50,577 nt of DNA, from NCBI GenBank assembly GCA_965662235.1, contig CBFIGY010000020.1:1-50577 (forward strand), read 5' to 3'. The position numbers were made by a program, and so were the translations under genes. This DNA is from an uncultured bacterium (GTDB taxonomy: Bacteria > SAR324 > NAC60-12). The notes below the pieces were generated by a model that ran no database searches, was not told where the DNA came from, and saw only the letters and a list, made by a program, of their open reading frames with translations. Position 1 is the first letter of the stretch; the number at the start of each line of letters is the position of its first letter. Of the stretch, positions 8,973 to 18,944 are shown in pieces.

Positions 8973-10649
8973 TCAGAAGGAGGGGAGTTCCTGGAGGTCG
9001 AGCATTTCGGGAACCGCCCACTCTTCAAGGGACTGTTCCTGCCGCAACTGCTGGAACGCTTTCTGATCAAGCGCCTTCCAATTCTCCGCGACAATCAGGT
9101 AGCGGTCCTGCCGCTCCCGCAGCTCCAGTTCCTTGAGCCCCCAGTCCTGCAGGCGGGAGGACTGATAGGCTTGGAGCAGGTCTAGGTACACCCGGTTGCC
9201 TTCGAACAAAATCCGGGTGGGAGTCAACTGAACCTGGCGGTTCTGGTTCAGGCGGTTGACCGTGAGTTTGTGCTCACGCCACGCCTGGAGGTCGCGTCCC
9301 CCTCCCTGAAAGTCCGGGGCATACAGGCTCAGGTAGGCCTCGCCTCCCTCCTGTTCCCACAGACGCCGCCACTTCTCCACAAAGCGATAAACGCGCTCAA
9401 AGGGGTTTTCTGCAGGAGCTGTCACACCGGTGGGCAAGCGAGGGGTAAGGTCCGAGAGCACAGGCTCCAGTACAACCGGCTGAGGACGCTGAGACGGTTC
9501 AGGCTCGGAAAAACGCTGGAAGCGTCCCTCAAATGCGGAAGGCTCTGCAGGAATGGATCCCGGCACACGAACCGCTGGTGCCTGACGGGGCTCTAGGGGC
9601 ACCGGTGGACGGCTGACAGGGGGTTGTGGGTCACGTTCAGAACGCTCCGGAAACGTCACCGTCTCAGCCACCGGCTCAAGGTCTCCTCCCTCCGGATTCG
9701 GCACCACACGGCGCTGCTCCGTGGAGAAAGAAACAAAGGCGCCTGTGTACTCCGGAAGCTCTGGAGTCGGGCGCTCGGTGACCGGCGGGGCCGTCGTCAG
9801 CGACGCCGGGCTAGGCTCAAGGGAAGCGGGTGGAGCCTCTGGAGACGCGGGAAGCTCAATGCCCACAAACTCCAGCTCCGCCTCTACGGCAGGAGCCGGA
9901 TCAGCCGAGTCAACCGGGGCCGCTACGGGTGCTTCCGGCAGCTCCTCCGCTTCGGCGGCAGGGGGTGACTCTGGAGCCTCAACCGCCGGGGGCAGGGCTT
10001 CCGCCACAGGAGTCTTGATCGGAAGCGGCTCGGCTTTCACCACCTCCGGAGGTTCTGGAGTAGCCGGTGGGGGCGCTTCAGGAACAGGGGGTGGCTCTGG
10101 GATATCAACCGCCGGGGGCAGGGCTTCCGCCACAGGAGTCTCGATCGGAAGCGGCTCGGCTTTCACCACCTTCTGCGGCTCCGGAACAATGGGAAGGGGT
10201 TCAGGAGCCGGAGGAGGCTCAGGGACCGGCTCGGCTTTCACCACCTCCGGAGGTTCTGGAGCAGCCGGTGGGGGCGCTTCAGGAAGCGGTTGAGTCAAGA
10301 GCGGCTCCGGGGCGATGGGAGCCGGTGCAACCGGTTCTGCCGGAGGCTCGGGCTGTGCGACCACGGGCGTTTCTTCAGAACGGGGAGGCTGGGGCGCTTC
10401 TTCAAGCGGTGCCTCTTCCGGCACTGCCACCACGACCGGTGCTTCAGCCGGTTCCGCCTCAACGGTTTCCAGCGCGTCGACTGGTTCACACCCCGGCTGT
10501 CCCGGATCATCGGCACACGAAACCACCTGAATCGCTTCAACCCCCACCAGGTTGGGCTGCGTGCAGCCTCCCAGCAGCGTCACGGCGACAGCGCCCCCCA
10601 AGAGGCAGAACCAGTGTTTGCGATTGAAGAGCCGGATCATGCGCATCAT
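8973..10649 (-). CDS. Pro/Glu-rich lipoprotein with C-terminal NTF2-like domain resembling the L,D-transpeptidase Cds6 C-terminal domain
   Basis: Start MMRMIRLF...AVTLLGGC lipobox; long PEP-rich linker; C-terminal FVEKWRRLWE..YLSLYAPDF..WREHK..QAYQS..DWGLKELEL..YLIVAENW. Confidence 0.7.
   Translation of the reverse strand: MMRMIRLFNRKHWFCLLGGAVAVTLLGGCTQPNLVGVEAIQVVSCADDPGQPGCEPVDALETVEAEPAEAPVVVAVPEEAPLEEAPQPPRSEETPVVAQPEPPAEPVAPAPIAPEPLLTQPLPEAPPPAAPEPPEVVKAEPVPEPPPAPEPLPIVPEPQKVVKAEPLPIETPVAEALPPAVDIPEPPPVPEAPPPATPEPPEVVKAEPLPIKTPVAEALPPAVEAPESPPAAEAEELPEAPVAAPVDSADPAPAVEAELEFVGIELPASPEAPPASLEPSPASLTTAPPVTERPTPELPEYTGAFVSFSTEQRRVVPNPEGGDLEPVAETVTFPERSERDPQPPVSRPPVPLEPRQAPAVRVPGSIPAEPSAFEGRFQRFSEPEPSQRPQPVVLEPVLSDLTPRLPTGVTAPAENPFERVYRFVEKWRRLWEQEGGEAYLSLYAPDFQGGGRDLQAWREHKLTVNRLNQNRQVQLTPTRILFEGNRVYLDLLQAYQSSRLQDWGLKELELRERQDRYLIVAENWKALDQKAFQQLRQEQSLEEWAVPEMLDLQELPSF
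9979..10285. repeat. Intragenic direct repeats encoding VVKAEPLPIxTPVAEALPPAV and EAPPPAxPEPPEVVKAEP units
   Basis: Near-identical DNA blocks at about 9979-10045 and 10105-10171, and at about 10026-10084 and 10227-10285. Confidence 0.85.
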
Positions 10650-10797
10650 TTTGACGTCAACGCGGGGAAGGGTGAAGGGTTGGGCTGGTGGTGGGAGGGG
10701 CTTGCCTGCTCCGTGAGCACCAAAGCCCTTATCATAAGCAGGAATGGTCTTTTTTCCAAGACCGAGCCGTGAAGGGCCCGGTCCTGAAGGACTGGGG

Positions 10798-12075
10798 TCA
10801 GCGTGAGGGCTTGATGCTGAAGCTGCGGACCTCGGACATCGACTGCCGGCCACTGGCCTGACGCCCAATCACACGCCAGTAGAGTTTGTTGTTGCCGGTG
10901 GACTGCATGAGGCCCATTGCCATTCCCGGAAGCTCCCCAGAAAGCGGGACCAGTTCCTTGTCCGCAATCCAGCGGTCCCCTTGCGGCAGGTCAAAGTAGA
11001 GGCCGGCGTCTTCAAACTTCGGATCCACTCCAATCTGCACCTTGAACTCGCCAAACGCCAAGCTGTCCCACTGCAGCAAAAAGAGGCCGGCTTCGTCAAA
11101 CACGTGATCCTCTGGAGGCAGCAGGAGCTTGATGTCGCTCAGGCGGAGGATGTTGGACTCAATGATGTTGTTCTCTTCATTCAGCTCATCAATGGTTTTG
11201 TCCGGATCGGCCTCCGCAATGATCTTGTACTCTCCCAGCAGCTGATCGTCGGGAAGGATGTACTCCAGCTCATACGTAATCACCTCGCCTGGTGCAGCCA
11301 CGGAGGTCTCAGGAAACGCGATGGCGCTGCGACGCAGCGGTTGACGCGTGTTGAAGAACTCAACCTTCGACTTGATGCCCCGGACGATGTCGCCTCCAAC
11401 ATTGATGAGGTTGAGGCGGATGCGCATCACCTCGCCCCGCAGCATGTGCTGCGGAATCACCTGAGCCGACTCCCAACGCAGGTCCGGCGGATCAAACTTC
11501 AGTGGAATGGGCCGGCGGTTTCCCTTGCTTCCGCCTCCGGACATCACGTTCCGAGCGTCGGCAAGGTCCTCTTCCGTGGCAATGTAAAAGCGTCGCTCTT
11601 CACCGGCGCGGGTCTGATCGTACAGTCGCTTGAAGTCGGTATCCCAGACCCGGGCTGAGATCTTGTAAAGTCCCGAGGTGTCGAGCTTGATGTCGTGGAG
11701 CAGACGGGCCAGGTCAAACGATGGAATGGTGAAGACCTTGCGGAAGGACTTCTTGGGCTGAGGCTTGTCGTCGATCGTCACCAGCACTTCCAGGCCGATG
11801 CTGCGCGTCCGGGCGCCGAGGTTCGTCAGCGTCACCTGAATGAGCTGCAGGTCGTTGTACTTCGGACACTCCGGGTTGTCATTGGCCTGCAGAATGGCCT
11901 CGGGAGACCGCAGCGTCAGGTCCGGACCATCCGGGAGCGGACAGTTGCGAGAAAGGATGATGGAGTTGATCTCAAAGTCTCCTCCGGAAGACTGAGCCAG
12001 GGCCGGGACACTTCCCCCCATCACGAGGAGGAGCAACAGAAGCGAGAATAAGCGGGGCATGAGAAGCCGAAACAT
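10798..12075 (-). CDS. Exported protein with CARDB-like Ig domain
   Basis: Signal peptide MFRLLMPRLFSLLLLLLVMGGSVPALA; CARDB-like GEYKIIAEADPDKTIDELNEENN. Confidence 0.7.
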   Translation of the reverse strand: MFRLLMPRLFSLLLLLLVMGGSVPALAQSSGGDFEINSIILSRNCPLPDGPDLTLRSPEAILQANDNPECPKYNDLQLIQVTLTNLGARTRSIGLEVLVTIDDKPQPKKSFRKVFTIPSFDLARLLHDIKLDTSGLYKISARVWDTDFKRLYDQTRAGEERRFYIATEEDLADARNVMSGGGSKGNRRPIPLKFDPPDLRWESAQVIPQHMLRGEVMRIRLNLINVGGDIVRGIKSKVEFFNTRQPLRRSAIAFPETSVAAPGEVITYELEYILPDDQLLGEYKIIAEADPDKTIDELNEENNIIESNILRLSDIKLLLPPEDHVFDEAGLFLLQWDSLAFGEFKVQIGVDPKFEDAGLYFDLPQGDRWIADKELVPLSGELPGMAMGLMQSTGNNKLYWRVIGRQASGRQSMSEVRSFSIKPSR

Positions 12076-12133
12076 TACGAGGTTCACGAAAGACAGTTCG
12101 ATCCAGAGGATCCCGAAAGCAAGAAGCGTACAA

Positions 12134-12508
12134 TCATTTCTCGGTTTTTGCGATCTGAACCTGATTCCCCACAATTTCGACTGGCACCGGCACCAGGCTA
12201 CGTCCCGAGCAGGGCCCGTCGATGCAAAAACCGTCTTCCACCTCAAACAGGGCATGGTGCACCGAGCAGAGGATGTGCTCCCGGTCGTAGGTCATGAAAC
12301 GGTCCGGGCGAAAGTTGAGGGGGGTGTGCAGGTGGGGACAGGAGTTGAGGTACCCCCAAACCTGCTCCTGACGCCGGACCACAAACAGGCGAAAGGGGAA
12401 ACGCCCTTCGCCAAAGCGGAATTCCTTGCCCTCTCCTTCCGGAATTTCTTCCAAGGCGCAAAGCACCGTTCCCTCTGCTGGCGCCTCCCGCTCTTCTTGC
12501 CACTCCAT
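12134..12508 (-). CDS. Rieske [2Fe-2S] ferredoxin-like protein
   Basis: NSCPHL...ILCSVHHALF...GPC motifs; purine-rich RBS before ATG at 12508. Confidence 0.9.
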   Translation of the reverse strand: MEWQEEREAPAEGTVLCALEEIPEGEGKEFRFGEGRFPFRLFVVRRQEQVWGYLNSCPHLHTPLNFRPDRFMTYDREHILCSVHHALFEVEDGFCIDGPCSGRSLVPVPVEIVGNQVQIAKTEK

Positions 12509-12633
12509 TGGTCCTTCTCCTCCAAATACCGTCATTGCCCCAGTTGCTTGGGACAAAACTCATTGTTCGCACAACCGTCTAAGACGCAAGCCGAGGCCCG
12601 AGGCCTCCTCAGAAAACCTCCGTAATTTTACTA

Positions 12634-12661
12634 TTGATAAATTATAATATTCAAATATACT
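12634..12661 (+). promoter_or_regulatory. Sigma70-like promoter of the tauE-sqr operon overlapping a candidate ArsR-family operator
   Basis: TTGATA-16 bp-TATACT; contains the inverted repeat ATATT-CA-AATAT. Confidence 0.6.
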
Positions 12662-12747
12662 GATTTACGAATGTTGGTTCACCGCTCAACCACGGAGCCA
12701 GCAGGATTCACTCACTCACTTCAGTCGACCTCAACAAAGGAACACGA

Positions 12748-13545
12748 ATGGACTTTCTGATCATACTGGGATGGCTGGGCGCCATCGTCATGGGCATCAC
12801 CCTGGGCTTAATTGGAGGAGGGGGGTCGATCCTGACCGTCCCGATCCTGGTGTACTTCCTGGACATTCCTCCGGTTCTGGCCACCGCCTATTCGCTGTTT
12901 GTGGTGGGATTGACCGCATTGGTGGGGTCGTTCAGCTACATGAAGCAGCAGCTGGTGGACTTCCGGACGGGGTTTGTCTTTGCGGTGCCGGCCTTCTTGG
13001 GCGTTTTCCTGATGCGCCGGTTTGGGGTTCCGCTGCTGCCGGACATTATTTTCACGGTCGGGGAGTTTGAAGTCACCAAAGCGCTGCTGGTGATGGCGGT
13101 CTTTGCCATCGTAATGATCCTTGCGTCTGTGTCGATGATCCGCGATAACAAACAGCAGGAAGCCGAAGGTCCACTGGAATACAACTACCCACTGATTGGC
13201 GCAGAAGGCTTGTTGGTGGGAGGCGTCACGGGGTTTGTCGGAGCCGGAGGAGGATTCTTGATCATCCCGGCCCTGGTGGTGCTGGCCAAGCTGCCCATGA
13301 AGCAGGCGGTGGGCACCTCGTTGATGATCATTGCCTTCAAGTCCCTGTTCGGCTTCCTGGGAGACCTGGGCTCACGAGAGATTGACTGGACCTTCCTGAT
13401 GATCTTCTCGGCCCTGGCCACGGTGGGTATCCTTGCGGGAGCCTACCTGGGGCGCTTCATTTCCGGAAACAAGCTGAAACCGATCTTTGGTTGGTTTGTG
13501 CTGGTCATGGGCCTCTTCATTCTCCTTAAAGAAACCGTTTTGTAA
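12748..13545 (+). CDS. Sulfite exporter TauE/SafE family protein
   Basis: GLIGGGGSILTVP and GFVGAGGGFLIIP motifs, multiple transmembrane segments, context next to sqr. Confidence 0.9.
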   Translation: MDFLIILGWLGAIVMGITLGLIGGGGSILTVPILVYFLDIPPVLATAYSLFVVGLTALVGSFSYMKQQLVDFRTGFVFAVPAFLGVFLMRRFGVPLLPDIIFTVGEFEVTKALLVMAVFAIVMILASVSMIRDNKQQEAEGPLEYNYPLIGAEGLLVGGVTGFVGAGGGFLIIPALVVLAKLPMKQAVGTSLMIIAFKSLFGFLGDLGSREIDWTFLMIFSALATVGILAGAYLGRFISGNKLKPIFGWFVLVMGLFILLKETVL

Positions 13546-13563
13546 ACTCATCTCAGGAGGAAT

Positions 13564-14781
13564 ATGACTCAGACAGGAACCACGAACGCGCACCAGATCC
13601 TCATCGTTGGAGGAGGCACCGCTGGAATCAGTGTTGCTGCTCGCCTGAAAATGCTCATGGATTCGGCAGACATTGCCATCATTGAGCCTGCGGAGTGGCA
13701 CTACTATCAGCCCATGTGGACCCTGAGTGGCGGAGGTGTGACCCCTAAGGAAACCACTCGCCGGTCCATGTCCAGCGTCATGCCCAGTGGAGTGCAGTGG
13801 ATCCGGGATGCGGTCAGCACCTTTGACCCCGACCAGAATCAACTGACCACCGAAAGCGGCACCACCTTGGGCTACGAAATGCTGATCGTCTGCCCAGGCA
13901 TTCAAATCGATTGGGACCACATCCCCGGACTGCGTGAAGCCATCGGCAACGGCAAGGTCTGCTGCAACTACGACTACAACACGGTCGATTCCACCTGGGA
14001 GGCCCTGCGACGCTTTCCCAAAGGTGGCACCGCCATCTTCACCATGCCCACCGCGCCGGTGAAGTGTCCGGGCGCCCCCCAGAAAGCGCTCTACCTTTCT
14101 GAGGACTACCTGCGCAAGCACGGCATGCGCGAAGGCAGCCGGGTGATCTTTGCGACGGCCAAGCCCAACCTGTTTGGCATCCAGAAGTACCGTGAGGGTT
14201 TGGAGCGTGTGGCCGCGCGGAAGAACATTGAGTGCGCGTACGAACGCGAACTGGTAGAGGTTCGGGGTTCAGAAGACGAGGCTGTTTTCAAGAACCTGAA
14301 GACGGGTGAGGAAGAAGTGATGCGCTTTGACATGCTGCACGCCGTTCCGCCCATGAGTGCTCCCGACTTCATCAAGAAGAGCCCGCTGGCTGACTCCAGC
14401 CCCTTCGGCTGGGTGGACGTGGACCCCTTCACGCTGCAGCACCGCAAGTACAAGAACATCTTTGCCCTCGGAGACGCTTCCAGCTCCCCGAACTCCAAGA
14501 CCGGCGCCGCCATCCGTAAGCAGTATCCGGTCGTCGCCAAAAACGTGATTGCCACCATGAACAACCGCATGGTCATGGACCACTACAACGGTTACGCCTC
14601 CTGCCCGCTGGTGACCGATTACGGAAAGGTGCTCATGGCCGAGTTCGACTACGACGGCGTACCTCAGGAAACCTTTGGCGCCGTGGTGGACCAAGGACAT
14701 GAGCAGGCCTCCATGTGGATGGTCAAGCGCTGGGTGCTTCCGTGGCTCTACTGGAACATCATGCTGCCCGGCAAAGGCTAA
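13564..14781 (+). CDS. sqr: Sulfide:quinone oxidoreductase (type II-like)
   Basis: GGGTAG FAD motif; HYYQPMWT; catalytic Cys motifs KCPGAP and YASCPLVT; AEFDY. Confidence 0.9.
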   Translation: MTQTGTTNAHQILIVGGGTAGISVAARLKMLMDSADIAIIEPAEWHYYQPMWTLSGGGVTPKETTRRSMSSVMPSGVQWIRDAVSTFDPDQNQLTTESGTTLGYEMLIVCPGIQIDWDHIPGLREAIGNGKVCCNYDYNTVDSTWEALRRFPKGGTAIFTMPTAPVKCPGAPQKALYLSEDYLRKHGMREGSRVIFATAKPNLFGIQKYREGLERVAARKNIECAYERELVEVRGSEDEAVFKNLKTGEEEVMRFDMLHAVPPMSAPDFIKKSPLADSSPFGWVDVDPFTLQHRKYKNIFALGDASSSPNSKTGAAIRKQYPVVAKNVIATMNNRMVMDHYNGYASCPLVTDYGKVLMAEFDYDGVPQETFGAVVDQGHEQASMWMVKRWVLPWLYWNIMLPGKG

Positions 14782-14811
14782 CCGGACCACGGGCCGCTCG
14801 TCTCGGCGGGA

Positions 14812-14831
14812 ACTTCGTCCTCGGACGAAGT
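14812..14831. terminator. Hairpin between sqr and the ArsR gene
   Basis: ACTTCGTCC-TC-GGACGAAGT perfect inverted repeat; no clear U-tract. Confidence 0.35.
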
Positions 14832-14866
14832 GAGGCGTCCGGCCCGTTTTCGTCAGGAGATTTCCC

Positions 14867-15223
14867 ATGACTACCTCATCCGTTCCTCCGGCTCCTTTCG
14901 ACTGTGAGGACCTTGAATACTTTCTCTCCAGCGACCCCAACGACGCCATTCGCGCCGCAGAGGGGCTGCGGGCCCTCAGCCACCCGGATCGCCTCCGGAT
15001 GCTGTGCCTGCTGGCAGATGCTGAAATGAGCGTAGGACAGATTGAGCGCAACACCGGCCTCAGCCAGTCCACGGTCTCTCAGCACCTCGCCCAGCTCCGG
15101 CAGCAGGGCTTTGTGCAGGGACGCAAGGAACGGAATTTCGTTTTCTATCGCGTTGCAAACCCAGAGGTTCTGCAACTTTTTTCCTCCATTAAATCGCTAT
15201 ATTGCACCAAAGAGGACCTATGA
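14867..15223 (+). CDS. ArsR-family persulfide-sensing repressor (SqrR/BigR-like)
   Basis: ArsR HTH (SQSTVSQHLAQLR); Cys pair in RLRMLC and SLYC typical of SqrR/BigR. Confidence 0.85.
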   Translation: MTTSSVPPAPFDCEDLEYFLSSDPNDAIRAAEGLRALSHPDRLRMLCLLADAEMSVGQIERNTGLSQSTVSQHLAQLRQQGFVQGRKERNFVFYRVANPEVLQLFSSIKSLYCTKEDL

Positions 15224-16260
15224 GCACAGCCCCCCAGCCGATCGGCTTCCGCCAGCTGTTCGATTACAGCACCTGGACCTACACCTACCTCCTGTGGGAC
15301 CTCGACACCAAGGAAGGCGTCTTGATTGACCCCGTCCGTGAGCAGTTCGAGCGCGACCACCGGGTCATCAGTGAGCTGGGCGTCCGCCTCAAGTATGCGG
15401 TCGACACCCACGTTCACGCCGACCACGTCACCTCCCTGGGCCTGTTCCGAGAGGCCATGGAGGTCCAAACCGCTGTGGGGGAACCCTCTGGCGTGCCCTG
15501 TGCCGATGTGCTGCTCAAGGATGGGCAGAGCCTGGAGTTTGGGAAGCACACCCTCACCGCCCTCTCCACTCCCGGACACACGGACGCCTGCACCAGCTTC
15601 CACTGCGAGAACATGCTCTTCACCGGTGACACGCTCTTCATCCGAGGATGCGGCCGCACCGACTTCCAGCAGGGGAGCCCCGCAAAGCTCTACAGCAGCA
15701 TCCAGCGCCTGTATGCCTACCCGGATGAAACCCTCATCTATCCTGGGCACGACTACAAGGGCGAGTGCGTTTCCACCGTCGGTGAGGAGAAGCTTCACAA
15801 CCCGCGCATCAGCGCCAATCAGACCGAAGACGGCTTCACCGGTGTCATGAACGCCCTGCGTTTGCCAAAGCCGAAGTTCATTGACGAAGCCGTGCCGGCC
15901 AACCTAGGCTGCGGCATCTCCAAGGACCTGGGGCACCACACGGAGGACCTGTTCTCCATGCACAGCCTCAACCGCCTCTTTGAGCACATCCCGGAAAATG
16001 AGATGATCATTGACTGCCGGACCCCAGAAGAGTACCTCGCGGGCCACGTCCCAGGCGCCGTCAACATCCCCATGGGAGAGGAACTGAACCACCTGACGGC
16101 CATCAAGGATGTGAAGAAGGCTTACCTTTACTGCCGTTCCGGACGCCGGGCGCAGTCGGTCTTCTCGACCCTCGCCTCCAAGGGGCTGGAAAACCTGATC
16201 TGCATCAACAGTTCCGGCATGATGGACTGGGAGCAGGCACAGTACCCCATCGAGCGCTAA
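15220..16260 (+). CDS. Persulfide dioxygenase (ETHE1-like MBL fold) fused to rhodanese
   Basis: THVHADH, TPGHT, GCGRTDF, YPGHDY; C-terminal rhodanese GHVPGA and YCRSGRRA; ATGA overlap with upstream gene. Confidence 0.9.
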   Translation: MSTAPQPIGFRQLFDYSTWTYTYLLWDLDTKEGVLIDPVREQFERDHRVISELGVRLKYAVDTHVHADHVTSLGLFREAMEVQTAVGEPSGVPCADVLLKDGQSLEFGKHTLTALSTPGHTDACTSFHCENMLFTGDTLFIRGCGRTDFQQGSPAKLYSSIQRLYAYPDETLIYPGHDYKGECVSTVGEEKLHNPRISANQTEDGFTGVMNALRLPKPKFIDEAVPANLGCGISKDLGHHTEDLFSMHSLNRLFEHIPENEMIIDCRTPEEYLAGHVPGAVNIPMGEELNHLTAIKDVKKAYLYCRSGRRAQSVFSTLASKGLENLICINSSGMMDWEQAQYPIER

Positions 16261-16333
16261 GCGTCTTTGCTTGAGAGATCGGTGAATTCCGAGGCATAAT
16301 TGTCCATCGGCATTCACCCTTCTCCTGCTTCGC

Positions 16334-17530
16334 ATGGCCGCGTTCTCCAAACTCACTGCCCTCTTGCGGGACACCCTCCTGCAGCCCCGGGTTCCTGCTG
16401 AAGAGCTGGAAGCCACCCTCCGGACCCTCCAGTCGGAGCTGCCTGCTCCTGTTCTCTGGTTACTGGGCAAGACCCAAGCGGGGAAGACCTCGCTCATCCG
16501 GACCCTCACCGGCGCCACAGACGCCGAAATTGGGGACGGCTTTCGTCCCTGCACCCAGTTTTCACGCCTCTACCCGTTTCCCAACGAAGACTCCTGCCTG
16601 CTCCGCTTCCTCGACACCCGTGGTCTGGGCGAGCACGCGTACGATCCAGAAGACGACCTCCGGCAGTTTGCCACCCAGGCGCACCTGATCGTTGTGGTGG
16701 TCCGGGCCATGGATCGAGCACTGGAACCCGTCCTGACGCCTCTCAGAGAGATCCACCGGCAGCATCCGGAGTGGCCAGTGCTGGTGGTCCAGACGACGCT
16801 GCACGAGGGGTATCCCTCACCGTTCACCAACCACGTCCAGCCCTACCCTTATGAAGGAAGCGACTGGCCTGACTTTCCTGAGCTGAATCAGGCCCTCCGC
16901 CAGCAGCGGGAACTTTTTCAGAAATTTCCTGCCCGCTTTGTTGCGGTGGACCTGACGCTTCCGGAAGACGGCTACGTTCCCGAGCATTACGGAGAGGAAG
17001 CGCTCTGGCAGGCGTTGGAAGAATTGGTGCCCGGAGGCTTCCTTGCCCTGCTGCGTCAGGAGACCGAGTCCGGACAGACGCTGGATGAGCTCTATCAGCG
17101 CAAGGCACACCCGCACATCATCGCCTACTCGCTCTTGGCAGGAGGAGCCGGAGCGGTGCCGTTTCCGTTGGTGGGCGTGCCTCTGGTGGCCTCTCTGCAG
17201 GCGAAGCTGCTGCAGACGATTGCTTCGATCTACGGACAGCCGCTCAACCGGCAACGCCTGCTGGAGCTCACCAGCGGACTGGGAGCCGGCGTGGCCCTCA
17301 GCACAGGAGGACGCGAGCTGGCCAAGCTGATTCCGGGGTTTGGCTCGGTGGTTGGAGGCCTGTCTGCAGCCGCTTCGACCTACGCGTTGGGAAAGACACT
17401 GGGACTGTGGTTCAAACGACGGGGACAGAATGAAGACGTTGGCAAATCCGTGCTCCGTCAGATCTACGCTGAGCAGCTTGCTGCCGGACGGGCACTCCTC
17501 GAGGAACAGCTCCGGACGCCCAAGCCTTAG
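16334..17530 (+). CDS. P-loop GTPase with C-terminal DUF697/YcjF-like membrane domain
   Basis: GKTQAGKTS, DTRG; C-terminal AGAVPFPLV...LAKLIPGFG. Confidence 0.8.
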   Translation: MAAFSKLTALLRDTLLQPRVPAEELEATLRTLQSELPAPVLWLLGKTQAGKTSLIRTLTGATDAEIGDGFRPCTQFSRLYPFPNEDSCLLRFLDTRGLGEHAYDPEDDLRQFATQAHLIVVVVRAMDRALEPVLTPLREIHRQHPEWPVLVVQTTLHEGYPSPFTNHVQPYPYEGSDWPDFPELNQALRQQRELFQKFPARFVAVDLTLPEDGYVPEHYGEEALWQALEELVPGGFLALLRQETESGQTLDELYQRKAHPHIIAYSLLAGGAGAVPFPLVGVPLVASLQAKLLQTIASIYGQPLNRQRLLELTSGLGAGVALSTGGRELAKLIPGFGSVVGGLSAAASTYALGKTLGLWFKRRGQNEDVGKSVLRQIYAEQLAAGRALLEEQLRTPKP

Positions 17531-18312
17531 GGATGCACCACTCCCTCCGGCCACGTCACCATTCCTTCCGGGTAACGGGTCCTGAGCATGTACAGCCCAT
17601 GCGGCGGCGCTGTCTGACCACTGCGGGTCCGGTCTCGTTTCTCTAGGCAACGGGCAATGGCTTCAGGCTCCAGCTTCCCCAATCCCACCTCCACAAGGGT
17701 TCCTGTGAGGATCCGGACCATGTGCTGCAGAAACGAATTGGCCTCAAACTCCAACCGCAACATTCCCGGAACCTGCGGGTCCCACGCAATCAGCACGTCT
17801 CGCATTTCCTTGACCGGATGAGGAGAGGAGCAGTGGATGGAGCGGAAGGCCGTAAAGTCGTGAGTGCCCAAGAGGGCCTGCGCTGCAGATTGCATGCGGG
17901 GCACCTCCAGCTCCCGGCGGAGCCACCAGGCGGTTTGCCGTCCAAAGGGGTAGGGGTAAGGGCGGTTGTGCACTAGGTAACGGTAGCGCTTGCCGCAGGC
18001 ACTGTGTCGCGCATGAAAGGACGGGGGAACCTCCTGCAGGTGCTTGACGGCAATGTCATCCGGCAACACCGCATTGAGCGCCACCTTCAGCTTGTCCGGA
18101 GAAAGGGCGGTTTGCAGCTCGAAACTGGCAGGGTAGTTGAGCGCATGCACTCCGGCATCGGTGCGTCCGGCGCCGTGTACCTTGACGACCTGTTGCGTGA
18201 TGCGTTCGAGGGCCTGTTCCAGCACCCCTTCAACCGTTGGAGCATCCGGCTGAATCTGCCACCCATGATAACGGGTCCCCTCATAGGCGAGGAGCATCAA
18301 CCAGTTGGACAC
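17527..18312 (-). CDS. truA: tRNA pseudouridine(38-40) synthase
   Basis: YEGTRYHGWQ, GAGRTDAGVHA, FLQHMVR, APPHGL. Confidence 0.97.
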   Translation of the reverse strand: MSNWLMLLAYEGTRYHGWQIQPDAPTVEGVLEQALERITQQVVKVHGAGRTDAGVHALNYPASFELQTALSPDKLKVALNAVLPDDIAVKHLQEVPPSFHARHSACGKRYRYLVHNRPYPYPFGRQTAWWLRRELEVPRMQSAAQALLGTHDFTAFRSIHCSSPHPVKEMRDVLIAWDPQVPGMLRLEFEANSFLQHMVRILTGTLVEVGLGKLEPEAIARCLEKRDRTRSGQTAPPHGLYMLRTRYPEGMVTWPEGVVHP

Positions 18313-18355
18313 AGCTGAGGCGAACAGAAGGGTCAGGGGAAAAAGAGGGAGGGAA

Positions 18356-18376
18356 CTCCGGAGGCAGCCTCCGGAG
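18356..18376 (-). terminator. Hairpin downstream of trxA
   Basis: CTCCGGAGG-CAG-CCTCCGGAG followed on the minus strand by a pyrimidine-rich tract. Confidence 0.5.
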
Positions 18377-18384
18377 CAGGGACG

Positions 18385-18705
18385 TTACGCAGCTTGCTGA
18401 GCCAGCGCCATGATGCGTCCCGGATCAGCACCCACCACGTTTCCGACGGGCTGACCGTCTTTCAGCAGCACCACAAAGGGAATCCCTCGGACCCCAAAGC
18501 GCATTGCCGCTTCCTGATGGTGGTCCACATCCACCTTGCAGACCTTGATCTTGCCGTCCATGTCCTCGGCAATCTGGTCAATGGTCGGAGCAATCATCCG
18601 GCACGGACCACACCACTCGGCCCAAAAGTCGACGAGGGCGTAGCCCGACTTGGTTTGCTCTTCGAAGTTTGAATCGGTCAGATGGACCACCTTTTCACTT
18701 GCCAT
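18385..18705 (-). CDS. trxA: Thioredoxin
   Basis: DFWAEWCGPC; GGAG RBS. Confidence 0.97.
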   Translation of the reverse strand: MASEKVVHLTDSNFEEQTKSGYALVDFWAEWCGPCRMIAPTIDQIAEDMDGKIKVCKVDVDHHQEAAMRFGVRGIPFVVLLKDGQPVGNVVGADPGRIMALAQQAA

Positions 18706-18944
18706 AATTCTCCTTTGAGGCAGAGGGTATTAAAACATCAATTTTTCCAGAAATGGGCGGCACTGACAAGCCTATTTCCCGTCCGGACGTGGCCGCCTGA
18801 CCGAGGCTGCTGGGCACAGGAACCCCGCTCTTTGAGGGAGACCGGCAAGAGGAAAATTGATCTTCCCCAGCGGGCCTGCTAAGTTTGATCCGTTCTGCAC
18901 ACCCGAAGGCTCCGCTCCGCCTCCCACCGCCCGGCTCGGAGTCC

